Below are positions 16,396-25,006 of a DNA stretch of 42,611 nucleotides, in pieces. The DNA is from Candidatus Caenarcanales bacterium (GTDB taxonomy: Bacteria; Cyanobacteriota; Vampirovibrionia; Caenarcaniphilales; Caenarcanaceae). Both the position numbers and the translations under genes were made by a program. The notes beneath the pieces are model-generated. The model was not told where the DNA came from. It was given only the letters and a program-made list of their open reading frames with translations, and ran no database searches. Numbering within the stretch: position 1 is the stretch's first letter; each line of letters opens with the position of its first letter. Location: positions 1 to 42,611 of the forward strand of contig JANRMG010000065.1 in the NCBI GenBank assembly GCA_033761855.1, written 5' to 3'.

Positions 16396-17172
16396 TTAAA
16401 TTCCAGTAACCATACTATTCAGCGAAGTTAATTCTTGATTAAGTTTTTGGGTATTAAACCCGATTTTCGATAAACCCTCTTTGTTCTGTAGCATTTGTTT
16501 ACCAATAAATTGCTCCATTATTGGTTTGATGCTCGATTTAAGAAGATCATTAGTTATAAGTCCAAGTATAAGCCCAATGAGTCCGCCCAGATAACCGCAC
16601 AAGTTGTTAGATTCTTCTCTTCCACTTATTTCTAGTTCTCCATTTTTAATAGCTTTAACTACTTGGTTTTGTCCAATTGTCTGTCCAAGCTTGTCAAAAG
16701 CTAAAACCGGCAGAGTATATGTTAAAAAGCCAAGAATGAGCAAAGCAATGTCATTCCGAAGGCCGGTGAATACATCAACCTGATTACTTTGTTTTCCTTG
16801 ATTATAAAAATTGAAAAACTTGTCAGACCAGCTTTTCCTTGGTTTGTTTTCCAGAGCTCTTTGAGTTAGTTCATGGGTTTTTCGGTAGTTCCAAACTCTT
16901 ATAGCATGGGAAATTGGTATGGAAATAATGTTGCCGAATAAAAATATTAAAACGCTCATCTGAATTAAATCTACATGGTTTTTGAGCCATTTAAAACTTC
17001 TCCAGAAAAAATTTGATTGGTCTTCTGAAAGCTGAGTTTGAGACTTTGGAAAGTTAAAAACCTGATTTATATTATTGAGAGGTGTACTTCGTGATGTTTG
17101 TGAGCTTGATTTTAAGCTCTTCTGGAAATGATGAAATTGTTTTTTTTTATGTTCTAAAAAATTAATTTGCAC
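16396..17172 (-). CDS. Hypothetical membrane protein (about 3 TM), first gene behind the TPP riboswitch
   Basis: 258-aa ORF with a GTG start a few nt after the purine-rich 3' end (GGAGGGAGAGG) of the aptamer. Hydrophobic segments are 'MSVLIFLFGNIISIPI', 'IALLILGFLTYTLPVLAF' and 'LGGLIGLILGLI'. Confidence 0.65.
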   Translation of the reverse strand: MQINFLEHKKKQFHHFQKSLKSSSQTSRSTPLNNINQVFNFPKSQTQLSEDQSNFFWRSFKWLKNHVDLIQMSVLIFLFGNIISIPISHAIRVWNYRKTHELTQRALENKPRKSWSDKFFNFYNQGKQSNQVDVFTGLRNDIALLILGFLTYTLPVLAFDKLGQTIGQNQVVKAIKNGELEISGREESNNLCGYLGGLIGLILGLITNDLLKSSIKPIMEQFIGKQMLQNKEGLSKIGFNTQKLNQELTSLNSMVTGI

Positions 17173-17174
17173 TT

Positions 17175-17265
17175 GCCTCTCCCTCCGCTGGAATTACCCA
17201 GATCAGGTTCTGTGGGTTGTCGGGATTGTGACTCTCAGCCTCTTAAAACGAAGCACCCCATTGAA
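17175..17265 (-). promoter_or_regulatory. TPP (THI-box) riboswitch
   Basis: The minus-strand RNA reads GGGGUGCUUCGUUUUAAGAGGCUGAGAGUCACAAUCCCGACAACCCACAGAACCUGAUCUGGGUAAUUCCAGCGGAGGGA. This contains the conserved GGGGUGC, CUGAGA, ACCC and ACCUGAUCUGG-UAAU-CCAGCG-AGGGA blocks. Confidence 0.9.
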
Positions 17266-17579
17266 TGTGATTAAACAAAATTATAATTGTTAATATTTGT
17301 TCGGGAGCTTAAATATATATTAAATAATTTTAACTATTAGCTTAAAACTTTGACTTTAGAGCTTTACAAAATGTAAGATCTCTAATTCGATTGATTGTGT
17401 TAACCAAAAATTATATTTAACCAACTCACAAAGTTGGATATCCATTATAAATATACAAATGAGTGGATGGTTTGATTCGAAGGGTTCAGTACAAAACAAA
17501 ACGGATTGAGAAATCTTTTATGCGCTTTTCATAAGTCTTGCAATGGTCCCGTCAACATTTTTTAGGAGAGCTTTTTTAA

Positions 17580-18554
17580 ATGGTCAAAATTATAGATGAC
17601 GCATCACTACTGATTGAAGAACAACTTGATTCACTTTTTTTGGAAGATGAATTAAAAAAAGAAGAGGAAAAAATAGCCGAAGAAGGCTTGAATGATGAAG
17701 TTGAAGCCATCGAAGAATCTCCCTTAACCGAGGATTCGGTAAAGCTTTATTTGCGTGAAATTGGTCGTGTAGCTCTTTTGGATGCGCAGCAAGAAATCGA
17801 GCTTGCGAGAAGAATCAAAGATGGTGAAGAACAAGCCAAAAGACTTCTTGTCCGTCATAATTTAAGGCTTGTAGTAAGTATTGCTAAAAAATATATTAAT
17901 CGTGGCTTGCCTTTTCTAGACCTTATTCAAGAAGGAAATTTGGGTCTCATTCGTGCTGCCGAAAAATTTGACCATACTCGTGGGTTCAAGTTTTCAACAT
18001 ATGCAACTTGGTGGATCCGTCAGGGTATTACTCGTGCGCTTTCTGACAAATCTAGAACCGTAAGGATTCCCGTTCACATGGTTGAGACCATCCAGCGTGT
18101 AAAAAACGTTGCTCGTCAGGCTGCTATGGAACTTGGTAGACGTCCAACCGTTCAGGAACTTGCTGCTATTCTTCAAATCAGCACCGATAAACTGAGTGAA
18201 GTAATGGCTGCTATGAGAACCCCCGTCTCACTTCATTCTCCAATTGGTAGTGAAGACGAAGGAACACTCGAAGAGTTTATTTCAGACACTCTTCGTGCAA
18301 GCCCAGACCAAGAGGCAACTGACAGACTCTTAAGAAAAGATCTTCTTAATTTCTTGGATCAAACTTTAACTCCTAAAGAGAAAGCAGTTGTGGTTTTACG
18401 CTACGGTCTTGATGAGACAGGAGAACCGCGCACGCTTGAGGAAGTTGGAGAAATTCTTGATATCACGCGGGAGCGTGTTAGACAGCTTGAAGCAAGAGCT
18501 TTGAAGAAACTACGTGAAACAAGACATCCTGAAATGTACGATTATTTGAATTAA
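17580..18554 (+). CDS. RNA polymerase sigma-70 family factor (RpoD/RpoS-like, group 1/2)
   Basis: Region 2 '[18 protein letters not shown]...[16 protein letters not shown]' and region 4.2 '[28 protein letters not shown]', with an acidic N-terminus. 324 aa. Confidence 0.9.
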   Translation: MVKIIDDASLLIEEQLDSLFLEDELKKEEEKIAEEGLNDEVEAIEESPLTEDSVKLYLREIGRVALLDAQQEIELARRIKDGEEQAKRLLVRHNLRLVVSIAKKYINRGLPFLDLIQEGNLGLIRAAEKFDHTRGFKFSTYATWWIRQGITRALSDKSRTVRIPVHMVETIQRVKNVARQAAMELGRRPTVQELAAILQISTDKLSEVMAAMRTPVSLHSPIGSEDEGTLEEFISDTLRASPDQEATDRLLRKDLLNFLDQTLTPKEKAVVVLRYGLDETGEPRTLEEVGEILDITRERVRQLEARALKKLRETRHPEMYDYLN

Positions 18555-18557
18555 GTA

Positions 18558-18585
18558 AAAAGCTGGCAAAACGTCAGCTTTTTTT
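18558..18585 (+). terminator. Intrinsic terminator of the sigma factor gene
   Basis: AGCTGGC-AAAAC-GTCAGCT followed by T7. Confidence 0.8.
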
Positions 18586-18697
18586 ATGCAAACAAAGCAT
18601 GCTGTGTGAAATTATTTAAAATAGTTTTTATCAACTAATTTCAACTAAATAATTAAAAACTTAGCTAAAATTTTGTTTTATCCGAATTCAATATCTT

Positions 18698-20071
18698 ATG
18701 TCAGTAGAGAACCAGTTAGCAGATTTATCTGAGTCACAATTAAAAAATCTTTTTAATCAAAAAGGCAAACTTAATATTCTTGATAATTATCGTGGCCAGA
18801 AGCGCGAAAATAAGCCTGTGTTCATAGAAGCAATTAAGTTTTTTTTAGTTTTACTCTTTTGGATTGGAGCTTCTTTTGGTGGTGCATTGGCAGCTACTTT
18901 TGCAGCTGTTATTTTAACTCCAATGTTACTAAAGCCTTTTGGCTTGCCTGAAGAAATAATAAAGTTTGCTGCGGCAACCGCTCCGTTGGCTGCCGTTATG
19001 ACTTTTATCCCGATTAATGCCATGTTACTTGTTTTATTTGAGCGTAAATTCTTGGCTTTGCTGACCACGAGGCTTGGCCCGAACAGAGTGGGTCCCAACG
19101 GTCTTTTACAAACCTTTGCTGATGCGCTTAAACTTTTATTTAAAGAAGACATTGTTCCCGCTAAAGCGGATAAAGTTTTGTTTTTCTTAGCTCCGGCTCT
19201 TTTCTTTACACCTAGCGTTATTGCCTTTTTGCCTCTCATGTCGGTAGCTGGTGGTGGCATTGGCCCTTTTGCAAGAACAGAGTTTCCTTCCAGCCTTTTA
19301 TTTGTAATTGCAGTTTCTTCTCTGGCTGTAATGGGTCTTATAATGGCTGGCTGGGCGAGTAACAATAAGTACTCTCTGATCGGAGGCTTAAGAAGTACAG
19401 CTCAAGCTATTAGTTATGAAATTCCTTTTGTTTTAGGAATTGTCAGTTTTATTGTTTTGGTTGGAAGCTTAAACCTAAAAGAAATTGGAACAAGACAATC
19501 CAACGGCATCTTAGATTGGAACATTTTTGCGGCTGGTACTTTTTTAAATCCACAAAACTTCACTCCTTTAGGAATTGGACTAAGTATATTACTGGCTGTT
19601 TTAATGCCTGTTTTGGCTTTTTTAATTTACTTTTGCACTTTGGCTGAAGTTAACCGTATTCCTTTCGACCTTCCAGAAGCAGAATCTGAGCTAGTCAGTG
19701 GTTTTAATACTGAATTTACCGGTATGAAATTTGCTTTATTCTTTTTGGCAGAGTACACCAATTTGTTTATTGTGAGCACATTGTTGGCAATTATTTTCTT
19801 TGGTAGCACTTATTCTGGAATTCCAACCTTCGATACATTTTTAGCAAATTCACTAAAACTAACTCCAATTGGAGATTTAAGTTGGTTTCCTGGCGCAACA
19901 ATTTTACTTATTAAATCTTATTTATTTATTGGACTTGCTATTTGGATTCGCGCTACTCTTCCTCGCTTCCGCTCGGATCAGCTAATGGGTTTGGCTTGGA
20001 AAGTTCTTATTCCAATCTCTTTAGTTTTAGTAGTTTTGTCTGCAATTTGTAGAACTTTTTTGATTATTTAG
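18698..20071 (+). CDS. nuoH: NADH-quinone oxidoreductase subunit H with an N-terminal extension of about 85 aa
   Basis: 'GPNRVGPNGLLQTFADALKL', 'AGWASNNKYSLIGGLRSTAQAISYEI' and 'PFDLPEAESELVSGFNTEFTGMKFALFFLAEY'. 457 aa against about 330-370 typical. Confidence 0.9.
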   Translation: MSVENQLADLSESQLKNLFNQKGKLNILDNYRGQKRENKPVFIEAIKFFLVLLFWIGASFGGALAATFAAVILTPMLLKPFGLPEEIIKFAAATAPLAAVMTFIPINAMLLVLFERKFLALLTTRLGPNRVGPNGLLQTFADALKLLFKEDIVPAKADKVLFFLAPALFFTPSVIAFLPLMSVAGGGIGPFARTEFPSSLLFVIAVSSLAVMGLIMAGWASNNKYSLIGGLRSTAQAISYEIPFVLGIVSFIVLVGSLNLKEIGTRQSNGILDWNIFAAGTFLNPQNFTPLGIGLSILLAVLMPVLAFLIYFCTLAEVNRIPFDLPEAESELVSGFNTEFTGMKFALFFLAEYTNLFIVSTLLAIIFFGSTYSGIPTFDTFLANSLKLTPIGDLSWFPGATILLIKSYLFIGLAIWIRATLPRFRSDQLMGLAWKVLIPISLVLVVLSAICRTFLII

Positions 20072-20124
20072 ATACTATTAGAGCCATGTTAATTATTTGG
20101 TAATTATTTAGGAACTAATTAAAA

Positions 20125-20835
20125 TTGAGTATAAAAATTTGTCATTTGTACCCAAAACATATGTCTCTCTATGGTGATAGAGGCAATATTGTTGTCTTGT
20201 CTTTTTTAGCAGAACAAATTGGAATTGATTTAAGCTTGCAGGATTGCTATCCCGGAGAGCGAATTGAACCACACTCAAATATTATTTTTTTGGGCGGTGG
20301 GCAAGATAATGACCAAGAGAAAATAGTCAATGATATTTTGCAAAGAAAAAACGAAATTGCTGATTTAATCGCTAATGGCTGTATTTTTATTGGTGTTTGT
20401 GGCGGTTACCAACTTTTGGGTACAAGTTATGAATCAGCTTCTGGTCACACTCTCAAAGGTTTAGATATTTTAGATTTTTACACGCTCAATTCTAAAAAAG
20501 GTGAGAAGAGAATAATTGGAAATGTTGTTGCTTTCAGCGAGCAATTTGGCAGTTTAGTAGGCTTTGAAAACCATGGCGGAAGGACTTTCTTAAAAGGACA
20601 AACTCCATTAGCTAAAGTTATTCAAGGTGGAGGAAACAATGCAAACGATACAACTGAAGGGCTTTTCCAGCAATATGGAAATGGGCATATTTTAGGAACA
20701 TACCTGCATGGTTTCTTGCAAAAAAATCCTAATGTCGCAAAATGGCTCATTAAATCAACTTGTGGCTACGATTACTTTTTGCCTGATCCGATTGAAACGC
20801 TAAATTTAAAAACAAACATGAGCCTTTCTTACTGA
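20125..20835 (+). CDS. gatD: GatD-type glutamine amidotransferase (lipid II isoglutaminyl synthase subunit / CobQ-like GATase)
   Basis: 'HLYPKHMSLYGDRGN', 'GGGQDNDQ', nucleophile 'VCGGYQLLG', 'FENHGGRT' and 'GTYLHG'. TTG start. Confidence 0.8.
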   Translation: MSIKICHLYPKHMSLYGDRGNIVVLSFLAEQIGIDLSLQDCYPGERIEPHSNIIFLGGGQDNDQEKIVNDILQRKNEIADLIANGCIFIGVCGGYQLLGTSYESASGHTLKGLDILDFYTLNSKKGEKRIIGNVVAFSEQFGSLVGFENHGGRTFLKGQTPLAKVIQGGGNNANDTTEGLFQQYGNGHILGTYLHGFLQKNPNVAKWLIKSTCGYDYFLPDPIETLNLKTNMSLSY

Positions 20836-20897
20836 GTTTTGATATTATTTTTTTATTCATTTACTTTTTTGATAATCAGTTTCATTAGGGGATTTCA

Positions 20898-21407
20898 ATG
20901 GTTTTAGACAAGGTATTTAAAGGCGCAGGCCACATTGCTGAAGGGATGGGCACGGTCTTAAAACAATCAACCAGAGACCCGGTTAGTACTTCTTATCCTG
21001 ATGAATTACCAACTCTTTATCCAAACTCTCGTCACAGGTTAGCTTTAAATGTTAATCCAATTACCGGAGAACATTTATGCATTGCTTGTAAGCAGTGTGA
21101 GAGAGTTTGCCCAGACCAATGTATAACTGTAATTCCAGATCCAACAGCTAAAGGCAAGGTTCAAGAGTTTTATATTGACCAAGGACTTTGTATGTTCTGC
21201 GGTTTGTGCACAGAAGTTTGCCCGACAGACTGTATCATAAACACCAACGATTTTGAAATGAGCGATTATTCGCGCGAAGCATTAGTTTATGACATTAAAA
21301 AATTAACTCTTAGTCGCGACCAATCAGAATTTTATTTTGACTATAAAGGTTTAGATTTACCTAAACCTAAGAAAGCTACGGCAGTATCAGTGGAAGAAAA
21401 AGGTTAG
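20898..21407 (+). CDS. nuoI: NADH-quinone oxidoreductase subunit I (2x[4Fe-4S])
   Basis: Two ferredoxin motifs, 'CIACKQCERVCP' and 'CMFCGLCTEVCP'. 169 aa. Confidence 0.9.
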   Translation: MVLDKVFKGAGHIAEGMGTVLKQSTRDPVSTSYPDELPTLYPNSRHRLALNVNPITGEHLCIACKQCERVCPDQCITVIPDPTAKGKVQEFYIDQGLCMFCGLCTEVCPTDCIINTNDFEMSDYSREALVYDIKKLTLSRDQSEFYFDYKGLDLPKPKKATAVSVEEKG

Positions 21408-21426
21408 CTGTTTGTTTCTTTAGAGA

Positions 21427-22167
21427 TTATAAATTCGCATAATACTTTAAATTATTTATCTTGTTAGGAAGCATCAATTTTATGTGTTCTTTTATGGCTT
21501 TTCCATATTCAGCGTAACTTTGGTAATCTTCATGATCAAAACTATCAAGGTTTAAATGACTTTGTGTTGTAGATCTGGTTGAAATGGCAGTAATTAGAGA
21601 ATCATCAAGTCCATACTTTGTTCTTTCTTCTTCAAGAACTTCCTTGATAAGTTTACGTTTTATTTTTTCATCATCTCTCCAATCTAAATCAGAGCTACCA
21701 GTTGAAAATGCCTCTTCCAAGTCTTTGGTTGAAAATTTACCATTTTTCATTAACTTGCTGACTTTATCTTTAATTTCGGCTTTTTCTTCTTGGTGGGCCT
21801 TTTCAGCCTCTCCCATTTTATAGCGATAGATTTTAGCGCTAGTAATTGCATAAGTTAAAGCAGCTAGAGCTCCGATTCCAAGGGCCCACCAATATTCTTT
21901 AACAGTGCAAATCCAGCGTTCAACAATCGGTTTGGGATCAGTTAAAAATTCGTTTTGGAAATCGGGTTCTCTGTTTGGGTTAGCGTCAGGGTACTTTAGC
22001 TCTGCTTTTGACTGTCTTTCTTTAGAATTTTTGGTATTTTCACTTGGTGCCAATTGAGCGATTAGATCATCTACACTAGCAGTTGCTGGTGATGTATTTG
22101 AGCTAGTGGTTACAGCACTATAAAGCTTGAATGCATGCCTATGACTGTTACTATTAAGTATTTTCAT
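21427..22167 (-). CDS. Hypothetical single-TM protein with a charged coiled C-terminal half
   Basis: 246-aa ORF with a Ser/Thr/Asn-rich N-terminus and one TM ('WWALGIGALAALTYAI'). No family is recognised. Confidence 0.55.
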   Translation of the reverse strand: MKILNSNSHRHAFKLYSAVTTSSNTSPATASVDDLIAQLAPSENTKNSKERQSKAELKYPDANPNREPDFQNEFLTDPKPIVERWICTVKEYWWALGIGALAALTYAITSAKIYRYKMGEAEKAHQEEKAEIKDKVSKLMKNGKFSTKDLEEAFSTGSSDLDWRDDEKIKRKLIKEVLEEERTKYGLDDSLITAISTRSTTQSHLNLDSFDHEDYQSYAEYGKAIKEHIKLMLPNKINNLKYYANL

Positions 22168-22375
22168 AAATAGAAAGTTATTAAAAGATTCAATTAAATA
22201 ATTTAAAGATTAAGAATTTGTTATCAATTTATATTTTTTATAGTAACACAATTTAAATAACCTTAGCCATTTTTGAAATTAAAGTAATTTGCAAAGCCAT
22301 AAACAAAACAAAAAATAAAGTTTAATATAATAGAAGTCTTAAATTAAAGCTTCAAAACTCAAAGGAGACATTAAG

Positions 22376-23194
22376 TTGAATACAGAGGTTCAAGAAAAGC
22401 CAGTGTCAGTTCGTAGTGGAATTTTAAAAGGCAAAAAAGGTGTAATTCTAGGGATTGCTAATAAATGGAGTATTGCCTGGGGAATTGCTAATTCTCTTAA
22501 TGAAGCTGGTGCCGAGCTCGTGTTCACTTATCAAGGAAGACTCAAAGAGAGAGTCGAAAAAATTGCAGAAGAAATGAATGTTTCTAATACTTTTGAATGC
22601 GATGTAACCTCCGAAGAGCAACTGAAAGAAGCTTTTAACAAAATTTCGAACGTCTTTGGTGGAAAGATTGACTTTGTAATACACAGTTTGGCATTTGCGA
22701 ATAAAGCGGAATTAGAAGGCCGCTATGTGGACACATCTAGGGAAGGTTTCCTTCTCGCTCATGATATTAGTGCTTTTTCTTTGGCGGCTGTAGCCAAGCA
22801 TGCAGAGCCTCTGTTAGAAGCTAATGGTGGTGGAAGTATTGTTACCTTAACCTACTTAGGTGGTGAAAGAGTAGTCAAGAATTACAATGTAATGGGCGTA
22901 GCAAAAGCCGCTCTGGAGTGTTCAGTTAAGTATCTTGCCAATGATTTAGGGCCTAAAAAAATTCGCATTAATGCCATTTCGGCTGGGCCAATTAAAACTT
23001 TAGCTTCAAGCGCTATTTCTGGCATAGGTTCTTTAATTTCGGAAATAGCTGAGATTTCTCCTTTAAGAAAAAATACAGACACCGAAGAAGTTGGCGATAC
23101 TGCGCTTTTCTTGGTATCCGATCTTTCTAAAGGTATTACAGGAGAAAATATTCACGTTGATGCTGGTTTCCATATTTTGGGTGCAACTAAATAA
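22376..23194 (+). CDS. fabI: Enoyl-[acyl-carrier-protein] reductase (NADH)
   Basis: 'GIANKWSIAWGIA' nucleotide-binding motif and 'YNVMGVAKAALE' catalytic Tyr/Lys region. The SD AAGGAGA precedes a TTG start. Confidence 0.92.
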   Translation: MNTEVQEKPVSVRSGILKGKKGVILGIANKWSIAWGIANSLNEAGAELVFTYQGRLKERVEKIAEEMNVSNTFECDVTSEEQLKEAFNKISNVFGGKIDFVIHSLAFANKAELEGRYVDTSREGFLLAHDISAFSLAAVAKHAEPLLEANGGGSIVTLTYLGGERVVKNYNVMGVAKAALECSVKYLANDLGPKKIRINAISAGPIKTLASSAISGIGSLISEIAEISPLRKNTDTEEVGDTALFLVSDLSKGITGENIHVDAGFHILGATK

Positions 23195-23273
23195 ATCGGG
23201 TTTCTTATTAATCAAAACTTTATTTTAGATGGTCAATATAACTTTACAAAACAAAGTTTCTAACCGGTGATTT

Positions 23274-23369
23274 ATGGATTTAGCATTATTTTTTTTAGTC
23301 GTAGCAGTATTTGTTCTAGCATTATTTGCTGGAAAAATTATTGATTTTCTTTTTAAGAAGCGTTATTAA
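23274..23369 (+). CDS. Candidate 31-aa hydrophobic peptide (MDLALFFLVVAVFVLALFAGKIIDFLFKKRY)
   Basis: Not in the supplied ORF track because it is under 60 aa. It has one TM helix and a basic tail, and its 3' end overlaps the convergent recombinase gene by 17 nt. The SD is weak. Confidence 0.3.
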   Translation: MDLALFFLVVAVFVLALFAGKIIDFLFKKRY

Positions 23370-24090
23370 ATGATTTTTCAGGCAGAGTTTTTACTCTTTC
23401 CATAATTCTTTTTACTGTCATAGGCTTAAATTCCTTTCCAGTTCTGGTTCTAATTCCATCGTGGTTTAGTTCTTCCGAAATTCGTTTATAGGTTTTTCCT
23501 TCGGTTTTCATTCTTGAAAGCCTTTTTTCTAAAGACGAATAATATTGTTTTGCTTCTTCTATTTTGTATTGAGCCTGCTTCCATCTATGTTCCTTAAGGC
23601 TTTTCTCGTTGCCGAGTTTTTCGCCACGCGCTTTTTTGGACTGTAAAGCCTCAATAGTCCGTTTTGATATTAATCTTGCCTCTTCTTCATAAACTGCTGC
23701 TTTAATTTGTAGGATGAACGGAGAATCGCTTGGTGCATCAGCACAAATAAAATTGATTCCAGCTTGCATTAAAAAGCTAATTAATAACTGGTTTCTTCCA
23801 AGCCTGGATAAATCTTTAATTACTAATGTCACCTTTTCTTTTTGGCAGTATTCAATTAGCTCTTTTAAAATTGGCCTTTTTTTTAGAAGAGAATCAAGGT
23901 TTAGACTTTGCTTAATGCTAATTCTTGTTTTATTTGTTCCAGTTTCTATTTCTATGGCTTCTTTGATTAGTTCACCATTTACGTTTTTAATATAGTTGCT
24001 ATTAATTCTCTGTTGTGCTTCTATTCCTAGCTTGGAATCACCTTGCTTGTCTGTTGATACGCGAATGTAGGAGGCATATTTATTACTCAT
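23353..24090 (-). CDS. Small serine recombinase (resolvase/invertase family)
   Basis: 'YIRVSTDKQ' catalytic-Ser motif at the N-terminus and a C-terminal DNA-binding-like 'LNHDGIRTRTGKEF'. 245 aa, flanked by very AT-rich spacers. Confidence 0.88.
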   Translation of the reverse strand: MSNKYASYIRVSTDKQGDSKLGIEAQQRINSNYIKNVNGELIKEAIEIETGTNKTRISIKQSLNLDSLLKKRPILKELIEYCQKEKVTLVIKDLSRLGRNQLLISFLMQAGINFICADAPSDSPFILQIKAAVYEEEARLISKRTIEALQSKKARGEKLGNEKSLKEHRWKQAQYKIEEAKQYYSSLEKRLSRMKTEGKTYKRISEELNHDGIRTRTGKEFKPMTVKRIMERVKTLPEKSFNNAS

Positions 24091-24328
24091 ATTTTTAATA
24101 AGCCCAACTTACTATGATTGTAACAGGTTAGAACGGACGTTAACAGAGTGTTATTTTTTTATTTTAAGGTTCTTAAAATAAGTAATGTGTCGACAATTAT
24201 TCAAATTTATTGGATTTTCTGTAAATAATATAATTTTCCGCACATTACAAATATTTTTTCTAAAAATTATGTAAAAAAAATAAAATGAAAAATGCAAAAT
24301 TAGATTTATTAACTAAATTAAAAAATTT

Positions 24329-24757
24329 ATGAGTAAAAAAATTTTTATTATTCATGGTCCAAACCTAAATCTTCTCGGACAGAGAGAAGTAACAGTTTAC
24401 GGTAAAGAAACACTTGGTGATATTAATAACTTAATTAAAACCAAAGCAGCTGAACTGAGCCTCCAAATTGAGTGTTGGCAAAGTAACACTGAGGGAGAAA
24501 TAATAAATAAAATTCATTTGCTCAAATCAGAAAAATACAATGGTTTAATTATTAATCCTGGAGCTTATACTCACACAAGTATTGCAATTCGTGATGCTAT
24601 TGCTTCGGTTGAAATTCCGGCTGTGGAAGTTCATTTGTCAAATATTCATGCACGTGAGGAATTTCGAAAAACCTCTCTAATAGCTCCAGTCTGCGTTGGA
24701 CAAATTACAGGTTTTGGTTTTAAATCTTATTTATTGGCACTGAGTTATTTTGCCTAG
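24329..24757 (+). CDS. aroQ: Type II 3-dehydroquinate dehydratase
   Basis: '[12 protein letters not shown]', '[16 protein letters not shown]' and '[12 protein letters not shown]'. Confidence 0.93.
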   Translation: MSKKIFIIHGPNLNLLGQREVTVYGKETLGDINNLIKTKAAELSLQIECWQSNTEGEIINKIHLLKSEKYNGLIINPGAYTHTSIAIRDAIASVEIPAVEVHLSNIHAREEFRKTSLIAPVCVGQITGFGFKSYLLALSYFA

Positions 24758-25006
24758 AACAAATAAATTACTAAATACCTTTTAGGATATTTCTATTTTC
24801 TTACTTTATTTAGCTGAACTTTAAAAAGGCTTACTTCCTTAATTAAATTTTAAACAAGGCCTAATCCTTGAATTCATCGACTAATACAAAACATTAGCAA
24901 ATTACAGATTGTTAACTTGTATAACAAAATGTTTTTTTTGTGTAAGAGTGTCGGGCATAATGACTATGAAAACCTTACTTAACAAACTCTACAGGAGAGA
25001 TGTTTA

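Noticed and set aside
18787-19365. 192-aa minus-strand ORF inside nuoH. Many similar antisense or overlapping ORFs appear in the track (for example 847..1053, 3886..4251, 8356..9086, 13874..14539, 30198..30638, 33646..34620, 36140..36686 and 41133..42165).
   Set aside because: Each lies wholly inside a longer ORF with clear family motifs on the other strand or frame. Their translations are low-complexity with no motifs. They are shadow ORFs.
24184-24249. The 8-bp inverted repeat GTAATGTG / CACATTAC upstream of the recombinase, considered as a hix/res-like invertible switch.
   Set aside because: The arms are short, the intervening segment is only about 50 bp, and such matches are expected by chance in AT-rich DNA. 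I kept it only as a note within the recombinase finding.
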